Origin: Narcine bancroftii | Lineage: Eukaryota | DNA length: 64,000 nt | Assembly: GCF_036971445.1 (NCBI RefSeq) | Contig: NC_091469.1 | Coordinates: 212,722,001-212,786,000, forward strand | Direction of reading: 5' to 3' | In this document: one piece after another, positions 24,661 to 36,711 of the stretch | Layout: the number at the start of each line of letters is the position of its first letter | Numbering within the stretch: the stretch's first letter is position 1 | The notes under the pieces: model-generated | Told to the model about the DNA's origin: nothing | What the model saw: the letters and a program-made list of their open reading frames with translations, nothing else | Databases searched by the model: none | Program-made: the position numbers and the translations under genes

Positions 24661-25836
24661 TGCACCAACCCTCTTTTCAATCTTCTTCAGCATGATGCTG
24701 AACCAAGCCATGAAAGACCTCAAGAATGAAGACGCTATTTACATCCGGTACTGCACGGATGGCAGTCTCTTCAATCTGAGGCGCCTGCAAGCTCACACCA
24801 AGACACAAGAGAAACTTGTCCGTGAACTACTCTTTGCAGACGATGCTGCTTTAGTTGCCCATTCAGAGCCAGCTCTTCAGCGCTTGACGTCCTGTTTTGC
24901 GGAAACTGCCAAAATGTTTGGCCTGGAAGTCAGCCTGAAGAAAACTGAGGTCTTCCATCAGCCAGCTCCCCACCATGACTACCAGCCCCCCCACATCTCC
25001 ATCGGGCACACAAAACTCAAAACGGTCAACCAGTTTACCTATCTCGGCTGCACCATTTCATCTGATGCAAGGATCGACAACGAGATAGACAACAGACTCG
25101 CCAAGGCAAATAGCGCCTTTGGAAGACTACACAAAAGAGTCTGGAAAAACAACCAACTGAAAAACCTCACAAAGATAAGCGTATACAGAGCCGTTGTCAT
25201 ACCCACACTCCTGTTCGGCTCCGAATCATGGGTCCTCTACTGGCATCACCTACAGCTCCTAGAACGCTTCCACCAGCGTTCTCTCCGCTCCATCCTCAAC
25301 ATTCATTGGAGCGACTTCATCCCTAACATCGAAGTACTCGAGATGGCAGAGGCCGACAGCATCGAGTCCACACTGCTGAAGATCCAGCTGCGCTGGGTGG
25401 GTCACGTCTCCAGAATGGAGGACCATCGCTTTCCCAAGATCGTGTTATATGGCGAGCTCTCCACTGGCCACCGTGACAGAGGTGCACCAAAGAAAAGGTA
25501 CAAGGATTGCCTAAAGAAATCTCTTGGTGCCTGCCACATTGACCACCGCCAGTGGGCTGATAACGCCTCAAACCGTGCATCTTGGCGCCTCACAGTTTGG
25601 CGGGCAGCAACCTCCTTTGAAGAAGACCGCAGAGCCCACCTCACTGACAAAAGGCAAAGGAGGAAACACCCAACACCCAACCCCAACCAACCAATTTTCC
25701 CCTGCAACCGCTGCAACCGTGTCTGCCTGTCCCGCATCGGACTTGTCAGCCACAAACGAGCCTGCAGCTGACGTGGACTTTTTACCCCCTCCATAAATCT
25801 TCGTCCGCGAAGCCAAGCCAAAGACAAAGAAGAAGA
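24661..25836 (+). mobile_element. RTE-clade LINE, 5'-truncated, open RT C-terminal ORF
   Basis: APTLFSIFF…LFADDAAL…GLEVSLKKTEV…FTYLG…LRWVGHVSRM…CNRCNRVCLSRIGLVSH; tail (agcca)n…(aga)n. Confidence 0.9.
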
Positions 25837-26939
25837 TATGTACAGACAGATAATAATGAACTGAACTTGAATTGCATTGTAGAGAAAGAAGAAAGTCTTG
25901 CTTCTGGAGCTGTTTATCACAGTCTACCACACAACGCTAATGGGGGTCATAGGAACCTTTGGACGCGCTCCAGGAAGTATACACCTCAGACAGTGCTGGG
26001 ACCCTGCACACGTCCGAGAGCTCCTGAAAGAGACCAGAGCACAGGTTCCGAGACCAGATGCCAACACCAGAAGGAAGCATGCAGTGTGCGCCTCCCTGAC
26101 AGGCGGCAGGTAAGAAGGCAGCGCAGGGGAACAGCTTCCATCTGCACAGAGACTGAGGCCAGATCTCCAGGCCCTCGGCACCACAGCTAGGATGTAATGC
26201 CACTGGCCATTGCGCTGACACTGTCCACCCCATGCTCCCCACCTACGACCCCCAGGGATTTCTCCTGCTTTGTATCATCAATCTTGTCATGATGCATTGT
26301 GGGCAACAGGTACATGTGCGTTTCCTGACACTGGCATGGGCAGTGCGTGTCCAGCTGTCTGGGGGATTATGGGTAATGAAGATGGCCATTGATCCCGCTA
26401 TGACTATCATTTTCTTTCTCTGTTGCTCAGCAGATGGAGTCCAGGAAGGTGGACAGGTGAATTGTGGCTGTTCGGTTCTACAGACCTTGCCGGGATCCAA
26501 ACCCTGGTAGGTAAAACTGACACAAAACACAAATATGAAATAGATAATAAAAGCTGAAAACACTGGGATATTCAGGCAGCGTCTAAAGTAGAGGTTCTGA
26601 ACCCTTTTCTTTCCACTCACATTCCACTTGAAGTAATCCCTTACACAGGATGCCATAGGTGCTCTGCAAGGGATTACTTCAAGTGGTTTGTGAGTGGGTG
26701 AAAAAAGGTTGAGAACCTTTGGTCTAAGGGCTCGGACTCCATATGTTGACAATTCTTTTCCCCCGACTAAAGCCCTTTGAGCTGTTGACTTCCTCCAGCA
26801 GATTGGATTTTGCTTCATATTCTAGAATTTGCCATCTCTTGAACCTGAACCCTAATGTCTCCAGCATTTCAGGACTGGTCCTTTTTGATTAACGACAGAA
26901 CTAAAATGTAAATTCTTTCCTGCTTTTGTTCAAATTTGA

Positions 26940-28522
26940 TTCAAAGATGGGATTTTAATGTCATTTGAACAAATGAAACAAACTTGTGATGTTCCAAATG
27001 GCATTTTTCTTCGTTATTTACAACTAAGGGCTTTTCTAAGAGAAATTTGTGGAAATGATATGGCATCTTCAGGAGTGAGTCAATTGGAGCTTATATTATG
27101 GATGGGTAGAGTATCTAAATTTATTACTCGAATATATTATGCCCTCCAAATTGAGAGGAAGGAAGAAGTCTGGAATACAAAGATGGGAAGCAGATCTAGC
27201 AGTGAACATGTGTATGGTTTGGTGCAATCTAATTTTTTTGCATCAGTTATATTTGACTCCGCAAAGATTGCACAAATCAAAACCAGAAATATCAGACAGA
27301 TGTTTTTGATGCGAAATAGAGGAAGGAACATTTCTTCATTCAGTGTGGTCATGTACCAAGGTCAATCTGCAGTATTTTACTTTCCATATATAAGAAGGCA
27401 AATTTGTGCCTGAAAGGACATTTAAGATTCTTTTCCAGGGGGATAGAATATGAAAGTAGGAATGTAATGAGGTTTTATGAAACATTGGTGAGAGCACAGA
27501 TTTGGGCTCCATATCAAAGGAAGGTTGCCCTTAGAGAGGGCCCAGTGGAGGTTGACATGGATAATCCCTGGAGTGATTGATTTTCATGCAAGGAGAATTT
27601 GAAGGCTCTGGGATTGTACTCGCAGGGGTTTAGAAGAATGAGGGTGGGGTCTCATTGAAACCCATGGAATAGGCAAAGGCCTGGATATAGTGGATGTGGA
27701 GGGGATGTTTCCTCTGGTGGGGAAGTCCCAATAGAACCAAGAGGAGGGGACGCATCTCTGCTTGCTTTTGAAATTATTTTTATTGAGTTTAACATAAAAG
27801 CATAAATACAGAATTGACAAATACATAGTAATTCATTCTTATGTGAGAAAGCACACATGAAAAAAGGTAGCAAAAACGACATCACTAATTGCTTGTCAGA
27901 CCTCAAAAACAGTTAAACTGCATTGATCCATGCAACCAGGTTAAACCCTTTTATTGAAATAACACGTATAAAATAAAGGGAAAAAAGAAATTAAAAAATT
28001 AAAGACTAACTCTAATCTACACCCTCCTTCTAATAATAATTAATAAAAAGATCAATAATGTGGAACCACTGGCAACCCCGAGAGAACACGCAATGAACGA
28101 CTGGAACATAGAACAAGTGATAATTCCTCCAATTATAATGGAAGAGTTAGGAATGAGCCCCACAATTTCAAAAGTTGAAACTTTCTATCTTAAACGTTAT
28201 ATCAGATTTATTTCCAATAGGACATTACTTCATGTAAACTACTGACTGTGAATCTCCCTTCCATTTCAATAAGCTAGCTCGTATGGCTATCAACTTGGTA
28301 AAAGCTACAGCTTTTTCTGAAGACAACAATACAGGTTTATCTGAATAACAAGAAAAACCAAACAAAGCAATTAATGGGTAAGGTTCCAAATTAATCTTAA
28401 GAATCGTTGATAAAGGTCTTTCCAAAAACTCTCTAAATCTGGGCACTCCCCAAAACTTATGGATCAGAGAAGCTTGAAAAAATTTACATTTCACACATAA
28501 TGGACAGAGAGAGAGAAAGAGA

Positions 28523-28561
<39 letters not shown>

Positions 28562-29530
28562 CGCAAGGAAGAGAATGATGAAGAATCGGATGGAAATGAA
28601 ATTGCAAGAACTGAGGGGAAGGCGACAGGGATAAGGAGGGATTTTTGTGCGGTTTCGTTTGTGACAACAAATGGAATTTTAATTTTGAGTGAGGGAGGGG
28701 AAAAGTGAATGAAACTGGCAGAACCAGAAATGGTAAAGTTTATGTGAAATGTCCTGTATCTCTGTGGTGCTCTGAGGTGGACAAACTCAGAAAAGACTGT
28801 ACAGCAGGCTTTATTCCAGTAGAAGTCCAAACACCAGTTCATGCCTTGGTTGCTCCCCTAGTGACTGGCTCAAGAGGGGCCCGCTCAGGTTTATATCCAG
28901 ATCAGCTGATTGATAGCCTGCCAGTTGGAGTCAGCCCCTTAGGTGTCTTTCTGCAGGTAAAGAGATCGCCCCCTGCCGTTAGCTGGTGGTCGTATCACCA
29001 CAATGTCCTGTAGTGAAGCTGGGCCTGGTCAGTGAGGAACGAACTGGTGAATCAATATCCTGCCCCTCCTCTCTCCACCATAACATTCCGTTGATTGTCA
29101 TGTCCACAAAAAACACAAAACTCTTTCTTTGTTTGCCTTGTAAAAGCACATCTTGAAGTGCCATCAATGCTGGGCCACAATCCAGAAAAGAAAGAAAACA
29201 AAAGAGAGTCCCTTTTGAGGCACTGGGTACCCTTGGATCCCTCCATCCGCTATGAGGCCGCCTTCATCTCAGCCCTTGTCAGCTCAGGAGCCTCAAGGCC
29301 TCCTGCCCTGTTTAGCGGTGAGCCCGAGCTCAAGTCATCCGAGCTGCATCTCTTTGAGCCGTGGTTCTGGACACCTGAAGTACGGGAAAGCAGTAAGTGT
29401 CAAAACTCTTTGGGAGCCTCGCGATCCCTCAGTAACTTCACCAATCCCAGTAACCAAAAGCCGTTTGCCCGAATTGTGCCAGCCTCTGCATTCAACACAT
29501 CCTCCTCGGCCATTTCTGCCATGTACTAGG
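26940..29530. mobile_element. Old L1-clade fragments (+ strand ~26940-27420; - strand ~27780-28500 and ORF1-like ~29100-29530) with an intervening CR1 piece
   Basis: MSFEQMKQ…FLRYLQLR resembles the L1 ORF2 C-terminal region seen at 11159-11632. Boundaries approximate. Confidence 0.5.
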
Positions 29531-30270
29531 TGATCCCACCACTAGATACATATTCCCCTCTCCTCCCCTCACTACCTTCTACAGGGACCGCTCCCTCCGT
29601 GACTCCTCCCTCCCCATCTTGTACCTTCCACTTGCGCCAACACCTTCTCCCTCAGCTCTATTCGGGGCTACAAACAGTGCTGGTGAATCTTCAGGGGTCA
29701 TCTACAGCATCCACTGTTCCCGTTGTGGTCTCCTCGACATCAGAGAGACTGGACACAGACTAGGATATCAATTTGTTGAACGCCTCGTCTCTGTCCACCA
29801 CAATAATCTGGATCTCCCAGTGGCCATCTATTTCATTCCTTTGCTGACATGTCTGTCCATGGTCTCATGTGCTGCCAGACTGAGACGACCTGCAAATTGG
29901 AGGACAACACCTTATCTTCCAACTGGGCTCCTTCCAACCAGATGGCATTAATATGGACTTTTCTAGCTTTTGTTAAACATTCGCCTCCTTTTACACAAAC
30001 ATGATAAATTCTTACCTCGCTCCTTATCTTATCCAATGAACACCTATTGTGGGTGTGGATTTCTCCCCCAGCCAGCAATGTCAGAATTACGGGACTTTCT
30101 GAGAATTCCTGCTCCTGGCTCATTCTGCTTATTCCTTGAAGGAGAGCTCAGGCCTGAAATATCAGAAATATATCTTGTCTCTGAGAGACGCTGAAAATAC
30201 TGGCTGGGTTCCTCCAGTATTTCAGTGTGTTTTGACAACAAACACAGCATCTGCAGACTTTCGTGTTTCA
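29530..30270 (+). mobile_element. Penelope-like element fragment (GIY-YIG endonuclease relic plus 3' repeat)
   Basis: GVIYSIHCSRCGLLDIRETGHRLG…ERL resembles the PLE GIY-YIG motif; ends with gggttcctccagtatttcagtgtgttt, also seen inverted at ~58800. Confidence 0.7.
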
Positions 30271-30457
30271 CTCACATTGGAAGTGATGGACAAATAAAGT
30301 ACAGTGATTCTCCAGTCAGTAGCTTACTGACAGAGCAGGGTAAATGTTCAGCAGTCAGTCATGTACTGACAGAGCAGGGTATCTGTACACCAATCAGTAA
30401 CATACTGACAGAGCAGGATATCTGTTTACCAGTCAGTAACGCACTGACAGAGCAGAG

Positions 30458-30734
30458 TGTGGTGCCCAGTTATCCAGAATCAGACACACACAAAGATAAA
30501 GACTGTACAACAGGTTTTAATCCACAAAGACTTCCACAGAGCCAGGCTGGCTGTGGCTGCAGCAACTCTGAATGAGGCCTCGGGAGGCCAACGCAGGCTT
30601 ACATCCCGGAGGATGATTGACACCTAACCGGGTGGGGCTTGATCCATTCCAGCCGACTGATTGTCAGCCGGCCAGGTGTTGTCCTGTCCTGACAAAGGTT
30701 GCCCCATGCAGTAGATTGATGGTATACCACCACA
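30458..30734 (-). mobile_element. Gypsy solo LTR
   Basis: TGTGGTG…CACCACA ends; 5-bp TSD CAGAG (30453-30457, 30735-30739); reverse-complement similarity to the LTR at 34394-34685. Confidence 0.88.
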
Positions 30735-30847
30735 CAGAGTATCTGTACACCAGTCAGTAACGTACTGACAGAGCAGGATATCTGTTTACCAGTCAGTAAC
30801 GTACTGGCAGACCAGGGTATAGTCAGTAATGTACTGATAAAGCAGGG

Positions 30848-33800
30848 TGTGGTGATACACCACTAGCCTACAGCAGGGGGCAACCTATATACCTGGAGAA
30901 GAGCACTGGAGGACAAAGCAACACCTGGCTGGCTGTCTACTCCGGGACTATAATGATGTCACGTCCGGTCCACAGAGTGACGTCACTTCCACCGCCCGCG
31001 ATGACGTTACCCGCGCCAACGGTCGATGGCATGACGTCACTTCCCCCAGCACAACCAGTGCAACCGGGGAGGTAGGCCAGACATGCCACCGCCACACACC
31101 CCAACGTGGCACCACCATCTTGTACTGGACAGGCACAGGCGCCACAGTCACCCAGACCCTTCCAGACCTACAACGAGCACAGCACTGATGACGATGACGA
31201 TGTGGTCAACACGAGCGCTGACCAGGCCGCCCTACTGACGCATCCCATGCCTCCAGACACAGCCAATCACCACCCACCGGAACCCACGCTTAGGGAGAGC
31301 ACCACCGGTCAACACTCACCTCTCACAATGCACCCCATGCCCACAGAGGATACAGCCGACTGCAACTCACCTCCATGGTCAGGGAATGATGACTCGGACC
31401 CCAAGATAGTCTTAGCAGCCACCACACTGACCAGGGACATCCCTCATGGCCTCAGGCGCTCCATGATGGATGTCAAAATCAACGGGCAGATAACGGTGCC
31501 TAATCGACAGACCTTTATTCATCCGAGCATGGCCCACTCCCTAAAGCTAAAAATCCACCCCCCCACCTTCTCTATCACCTTCGCCGCCCAGGACCGAACT
31601 ATTAATACCCTCGGGTGCTGCTCTGCCAATTTGACTGTGGGGTGGGAGACATACACCAGGTTCAGGCTCCTGGTCATGCCCAAAATCTGCGCCCCAGTCC
31701 TCCTGGGCTGAAACTTCCAATGCCACCTGCAGAGCATCACATTCGCCTTTGGGGGGCGCTATCCCCACTCACACTCCTCAGTGCGCCATCCAACCAGCCC
31801 TGTCCAACCTGTGGCCTCTACACGCTGCGCATCACCCCTCCTGCCCTCTTCTCACACCTCACGCCAGACTGTAAGCCGATAGCCGCCAGAAGTAAGTGTT
31901 ATTGTGCCACGGACAGAGAGTTAATCAGGATGGAGATGGAACGGTTTCTGGCAGAAGGCTTCATAGAGCCCAGCACCAGTCCCTGGAGAGCCCAAATGCT
32001 AGTGGTAAAAGGGGGCGGCAAACCAAGGATGGTTATCGACTACAGCCAGACCATCAACCAAAACACCCAGTTGGACATCTACTCCTTACTGAGGATAACC
32101 GACATGATCAACGAGATAGCCCACTATTGGGTCTTCTCCACAATTGACCTTAAGTCGGCCTATCACCAACTCCCCATCCACCCGCTGGACAAGCCTTACA
32201 CTGCCTTCAAGGCATATGTGCACCCCTACCAGTTCTACTGAGTTCCATTTGGGGTCACAAATGGGGTCTCCGTCTTCCAACGGAAGATAGATCGCATGGT
32301 AGACCGGCACAAGCTAAAGGCAATTTTCCCGTACCTGGATAATGTCACCATCTGCGGCAATGACCAGAAGGACCACGATGCAAACCTGGAGAAATTTCTC
32401 CGGACAGCCAAGAAGCTGAACCTCACGTACAATAAAGAGAAGTGTGTGTTCAGCACCACTCGCCTCGCCATCCTGGGGTACATCGTGGCACATGGTGTCA
32501 TCAGCCCAGATCCAGAATGGATGCGCACATTAATGAAGCTGCCCATTTCCCTCATGCTCAAAGCCCTCCACAGGTGCCTTGGCCTGTTCTTCTATTACTC
32601 ACAGTGGGCTCCTCGCTTCTCGGACAAGGTCCACCCACTGGCCTAGGCCACAACTGTTCGCCTCGCACCTGAGGCGCAGGCAGCCTTCACGTGCATCAGG
32701 CAGGATATCGCAGATGCCATGATGCATGCCATGGATGCGAACACCCCCTTTTGTGTGGAAAGCAATGCCTCCAATGTGGCCCTCACCGCTACCCTAAACC
32801 AGGAGAGGCGCCCTGTCACCTTCTTGTCCAGGACCCTCCACAGTTCCGAGCTAGGGCACTCCACGATTGAAAAGAGGCCCAGGAAAGCAGTCTGCCTCTG
32901 GCACCACTACCTGGCCAGCAGGAGGTTCACCCTCCTCACCGACCAGTGTGAAGTAGTGTTCATGTTCAACACCTCCCACAAAGGCAAGATCAAGAATGAT
33001 AAGATCCTGCACTGGAGAGTTGAGCTAGCAATGTACAGCTACGACAACCAGTACCGTTCTGGGAAGTTTAACGACTCCCCCGACACCCTCTCCTGGACCT
33101 GCGTGTCACTCCACGACGACCAGCTGCAGGCACTGCACGAGTCCCTCTGCCACCCAGGTGTCACCTGGTGTTGAAATTATCAAGTGTTGAAACCTCCCCT
33201 ACACTGTCAGGTATGTCAGACCCATGACTGAGGCATGTCGGGTCTGCATGGAATGCAAGCTCCGCTTCTTATGCCCACCCAAGGCCCATGTCATAAAGGC
33301 CACTCGGCCCTTTGAGTGCCTCAGGATGGACTTCAAAGGCCATGAATCAGAATGTCTATTTTCTCACGGTCATAGACAAGTACTCCCGCTTCCCTTTTGC
33401 CGTCCTTTGCCCAGACACCTCCACAGCCACCGTCATCAGGGAACTGACGCAGATATTCACCATGTTCAGCTACCTGACATTCATCCATAGTGGTTGGGGG
33501 TCTAGCTTCATGAGTGAGGACCTACGCCAGTACCTGACAGCAAGGGGCATTGCAATTAGTTGCACGACTAGTTACAACCCGAGACATAATGGACAGGTGG
33601 AGTGCGAAAATGGGATAATCTGGAAGGCAGTCCTCCTGGCCCTTAAGTCTAAAGGGTGGTCCGTAGAGTACTGGTAGGATGCCCTCACTGAGGTGCTCCA
33701 TGCCATCAGGTCACTCCTGTGCACAGCTACCAATGTGACCCCTCACGAATGCCTGTTTTCGTTCCCCAGGAAATCGGCCACGAGAACATCACTCCCAGCA

Positions 33801-34685
33801 TGGCTCATGTCCCAACGACCAGTGCTCCTGTGTAGACACGTGTGGGCACACAAGGCTGAACCCCTGGTTGAGCAGGTGTTCCTCCTACATACAAACCATA
33901 ACTACGCCGACGTTATGTTCAGCAGCAGGAGGGAGGACACCGTCTCAACCAGGGACCTGGCACCTGCAGGAGCACCCACCACAGCACAACAGCATCCTTC
34001 ATCCCAGGACCACGCTGGCCTGATACACTCCCCTGACCCCAGACAGCAGTGGGACATCCAAGACTACCCTGGGCACCCCAGACTGGCTCCTACCGTGGGC
34101 GATGAACCTGCCCCCTCACCCATCCAACACCTTACACACACTTCAAATCCAGCCGCCCCAGCCACTCCACCGCGCTGCATCACGCCAGCCACTAAGTCCC
34201 CGCCCTGCACCCATGGACTAGCCCCTGCTTACCCTCGCCAACCTTTGACCAGGAGCTAAGCTTGCAACGGTCGCAGAGACTCCGACGGCTGCCGGACCGT
34301 CTAAATTTGTAAATAATATATATGTATATATGTTTGGGGCTTTGGTAGAACATGGAATGTAACCTCCCCCTCCCCCTTAAAGAATGGCGTGAATGTGGTA
34401 ATACACCACTAGCCTACTGCAGGGGTGACCTGTGTACCTGCACAAGAGCACTGGAGGACAAGGCAACACCAGCCCGGCTGTCAATCAGCTGACCTGAATG
34501 GACCAAGCCCAACCAGGTCAGCTGCCAATCACCCTCAGGGATATAAGCTACATCCGGCCCCTTGAGGTCAGTCTCAGAGCTTGTACAGCATTCACACAGC
34601 CAGCTCTGTGGAAGTTTATGTAGAATAAAGCCTGTTAAACAGTCTTTATGTTTTCTATCTGCTTTCTGCTCAATAGCGCATCACA
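30848..34685 (+). mobile_element. Ty3/Gypsy LTR retrotransposon, degenerate (5' LTR truncated at ~30937; 3' LTR 34394-34685)
   Basis: 5-bp TSD CAGGG (30843-30847, 34686-34690). PR-RT-RH-IN order: IEPSTSPW, STIDLKSAYHQ, YLDN, FTLLTDQ, IDKYSRFPFA, YNPRHNGQVE. Confidence 0.93.
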
Positions 34686-34879
34686 CAGGGTGTCCTTTTT
34701 ACACCAGTCAGTAACTTAATGATTGAGCAGGTATTAACAGCAGGATACAAAGGACATTTTACACATTTTTTGCTGTCCCTTTTTTTCTTTAACAGGTACT
34801 TTCTCATGGCCTTCCCCACTCTTTCACTCTCCTTTCCTCTCTATTTCCGTATCAGTTATTTGGAACCTTTCTCCATCTT

Positions 34880-35045
34880 TCTCTCACTGTCTGCTTGTCT
34901 GTTTCTCTCTCTGTCTACCCCTCTCTTTCTCTTTCTCTCTCTCTCTCCTCTCTCTCTTTCTCTCTCTGTCTGCCCCTCTCCCTTTTTTTCTCTCTCTGTC
35001 TGCCCTCCTCTCTCTTTCTTTGTTTGTCTCTCTCTATCTGTCTGT
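34880..35045. repeat. (CT)n-rich low-complexity tract
   Basis: Imperfect ctct/tctg repeats. Confidence 0.8.
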
Positions 35046-35076
35046 CAACCTTCTCCTTTGTCTGCTCCGTTTCAGA

Positions 35077-36711
35077 TCTTTTTATAATTTTTTTAAATTT
35101 TTCACACTATAAACCATACTGAACAAAATACATAGACATTTTTCTCTTGAATATATACAGTGTCATTTTCTCCCCTTTTCCCCCTCCCTTCCCTCCCTCC
35201 CTCACCTCCCCCTTCCCATTTATTTAAAGTTCAATCTATAAGATACATTAAACCCGTTAAACAATGTCATCACAATAAAAATAAACAAGACATTTTTGTC
35301 TTTTACTTATAAATACTGAGTCAGTTCATTTCGTCGTCTTCTCCTTCTGTCATTTTAAGTGGTGGAGGTCCATGGTAGGATTTCTCTATTGTATTTCATG
35401 TATGGTTCCCATATTTGTTTGAATATTGTGATATTATTTCTTAAATTATATGTTATTTTTTCTAATGGAATACATTTATTTAATTCTATGTTCCATTGTT
35501 GTATTCTCAAGTTGTCTTCTAATTTCCAGGTTGACATAATACATTTTTTTGCTTCAGCTAAGGCTATCATAATAAATCCTTTTTGTGCTCCATCTAAATC
35601 AAGTCCAAATTCTTTATTTCTTATATTACTTAAAAGGAAGATCTCTGGGTTTTTTGGTATGTTGCTTTTTGTGATTGTATTTAATATCTGGTTTAGATCT
35701 TCCCAAAATTTTTTCACTTTCTCACATGTCCAAATTGCATGTATTGTTGTACCCGTTTCCTTTTTACAGCGAAAACGTCTGTCTGATACTGTTGGGTCCC
35801 ATTTATTTAACTTTTGGGGTGTGATGTATAGCCTGTGTAACCAATTATATTGTATCATGCGTAACTTCGTGTTTATTGTATTTCTCATAGTTCCGGACCA
35901 TAGCTTTTCCCATGTTTCATTCTTTATGTTTAGATCTTGTACCCATTTTTGTTTAGGTTTACAGTTAGTTTCCTCGTTCTCCTTTTCTTGCAGTTTGATG
36001 AGCATGTTTGTTATAAATTTTTAAATTATCATTGTGTCTGTAATCACATATTCAAAATTGCTTCCTTCTGGTAACCTCAGACTGTTTCCCAATTTGTCCT
36101 TCGAGTAGGTTTTCAGTTCATGGTATGCAAACATTGTATCGTGAGTTATATTATATTTGTCCTTCATTTGTTGAAAAGATAATCATTTATTATTATTAAT
36201 AAATAATAATTTATTGTTATTATTATTACTTCAAGGGAAGTCACGTGATGGAGCAGTGACCAGTAAGAAAATACCAGCCCTCACCAGAAAAGTTAAAAAA
36301 AAGTAAAGAAAAAGCAAAACTACAAACACAGAAACCACAACAAATTAAAAATAAAAGTGTGGAAAAAATGGCAGCAAAGAAAGAAAAACCAAAAACAGCA
36401 GGAAGAAAAGAAGAAGGAAAGACGTCGGAAGAGAAAGGTGAAGGCCTTACCTGTACGAGGAGGCTCGCCATGGAGAGAGAAGCCCGCTTCCTGTGGTCAG
36501 TGGAAACCCCAAACTCAGGACTACAAAAATGGTTCACGGAGCCAAACAAAAGTTTGCAACCGTGCATACGTGAATCCTCGCGCATGCGCGGTGCACAAGA
36601 CAAGAACAACACCGACGGGAGGAGGGACCAGCTGAGGAGTAAATCTCCACAGCTGAAACAGACAAGTATAACACAACAGCAAGACTCCCAACAGAAAAAC
36701 ATAGAAAATAA
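35077..36711 (-). mobile_element. L1 insertion with inverted 5' segment (3' ORF2/UTR on - at 35077-36185; 5' UTR on + at ~36236-36711)
   Basis: Same family as 10300-16010 in both parts; flanked by the 9-bp direct repeat CGTTTCAGA (35068-35076, 36712-36720). Confidence 0.8.

Larger units (their letters stand above)
30312..34735. repeat. 39-bp minisatellite (cagtcagtaacgtactgacagagcagggtatctgtacac), ~8 units interrupted by two LTR insertions
   Basis: Units visible at 30312-30457, 30735-30847 and 34686-34735. Confidence 0.85.

Noticed and set aside
24476-25771. 431-aa ORF as a novel fusion gene
   Set aside because: The N-terminus is antisense LTR sequence that happens to be in frame with a 5'-truncated RTE RT; no evidence of function.
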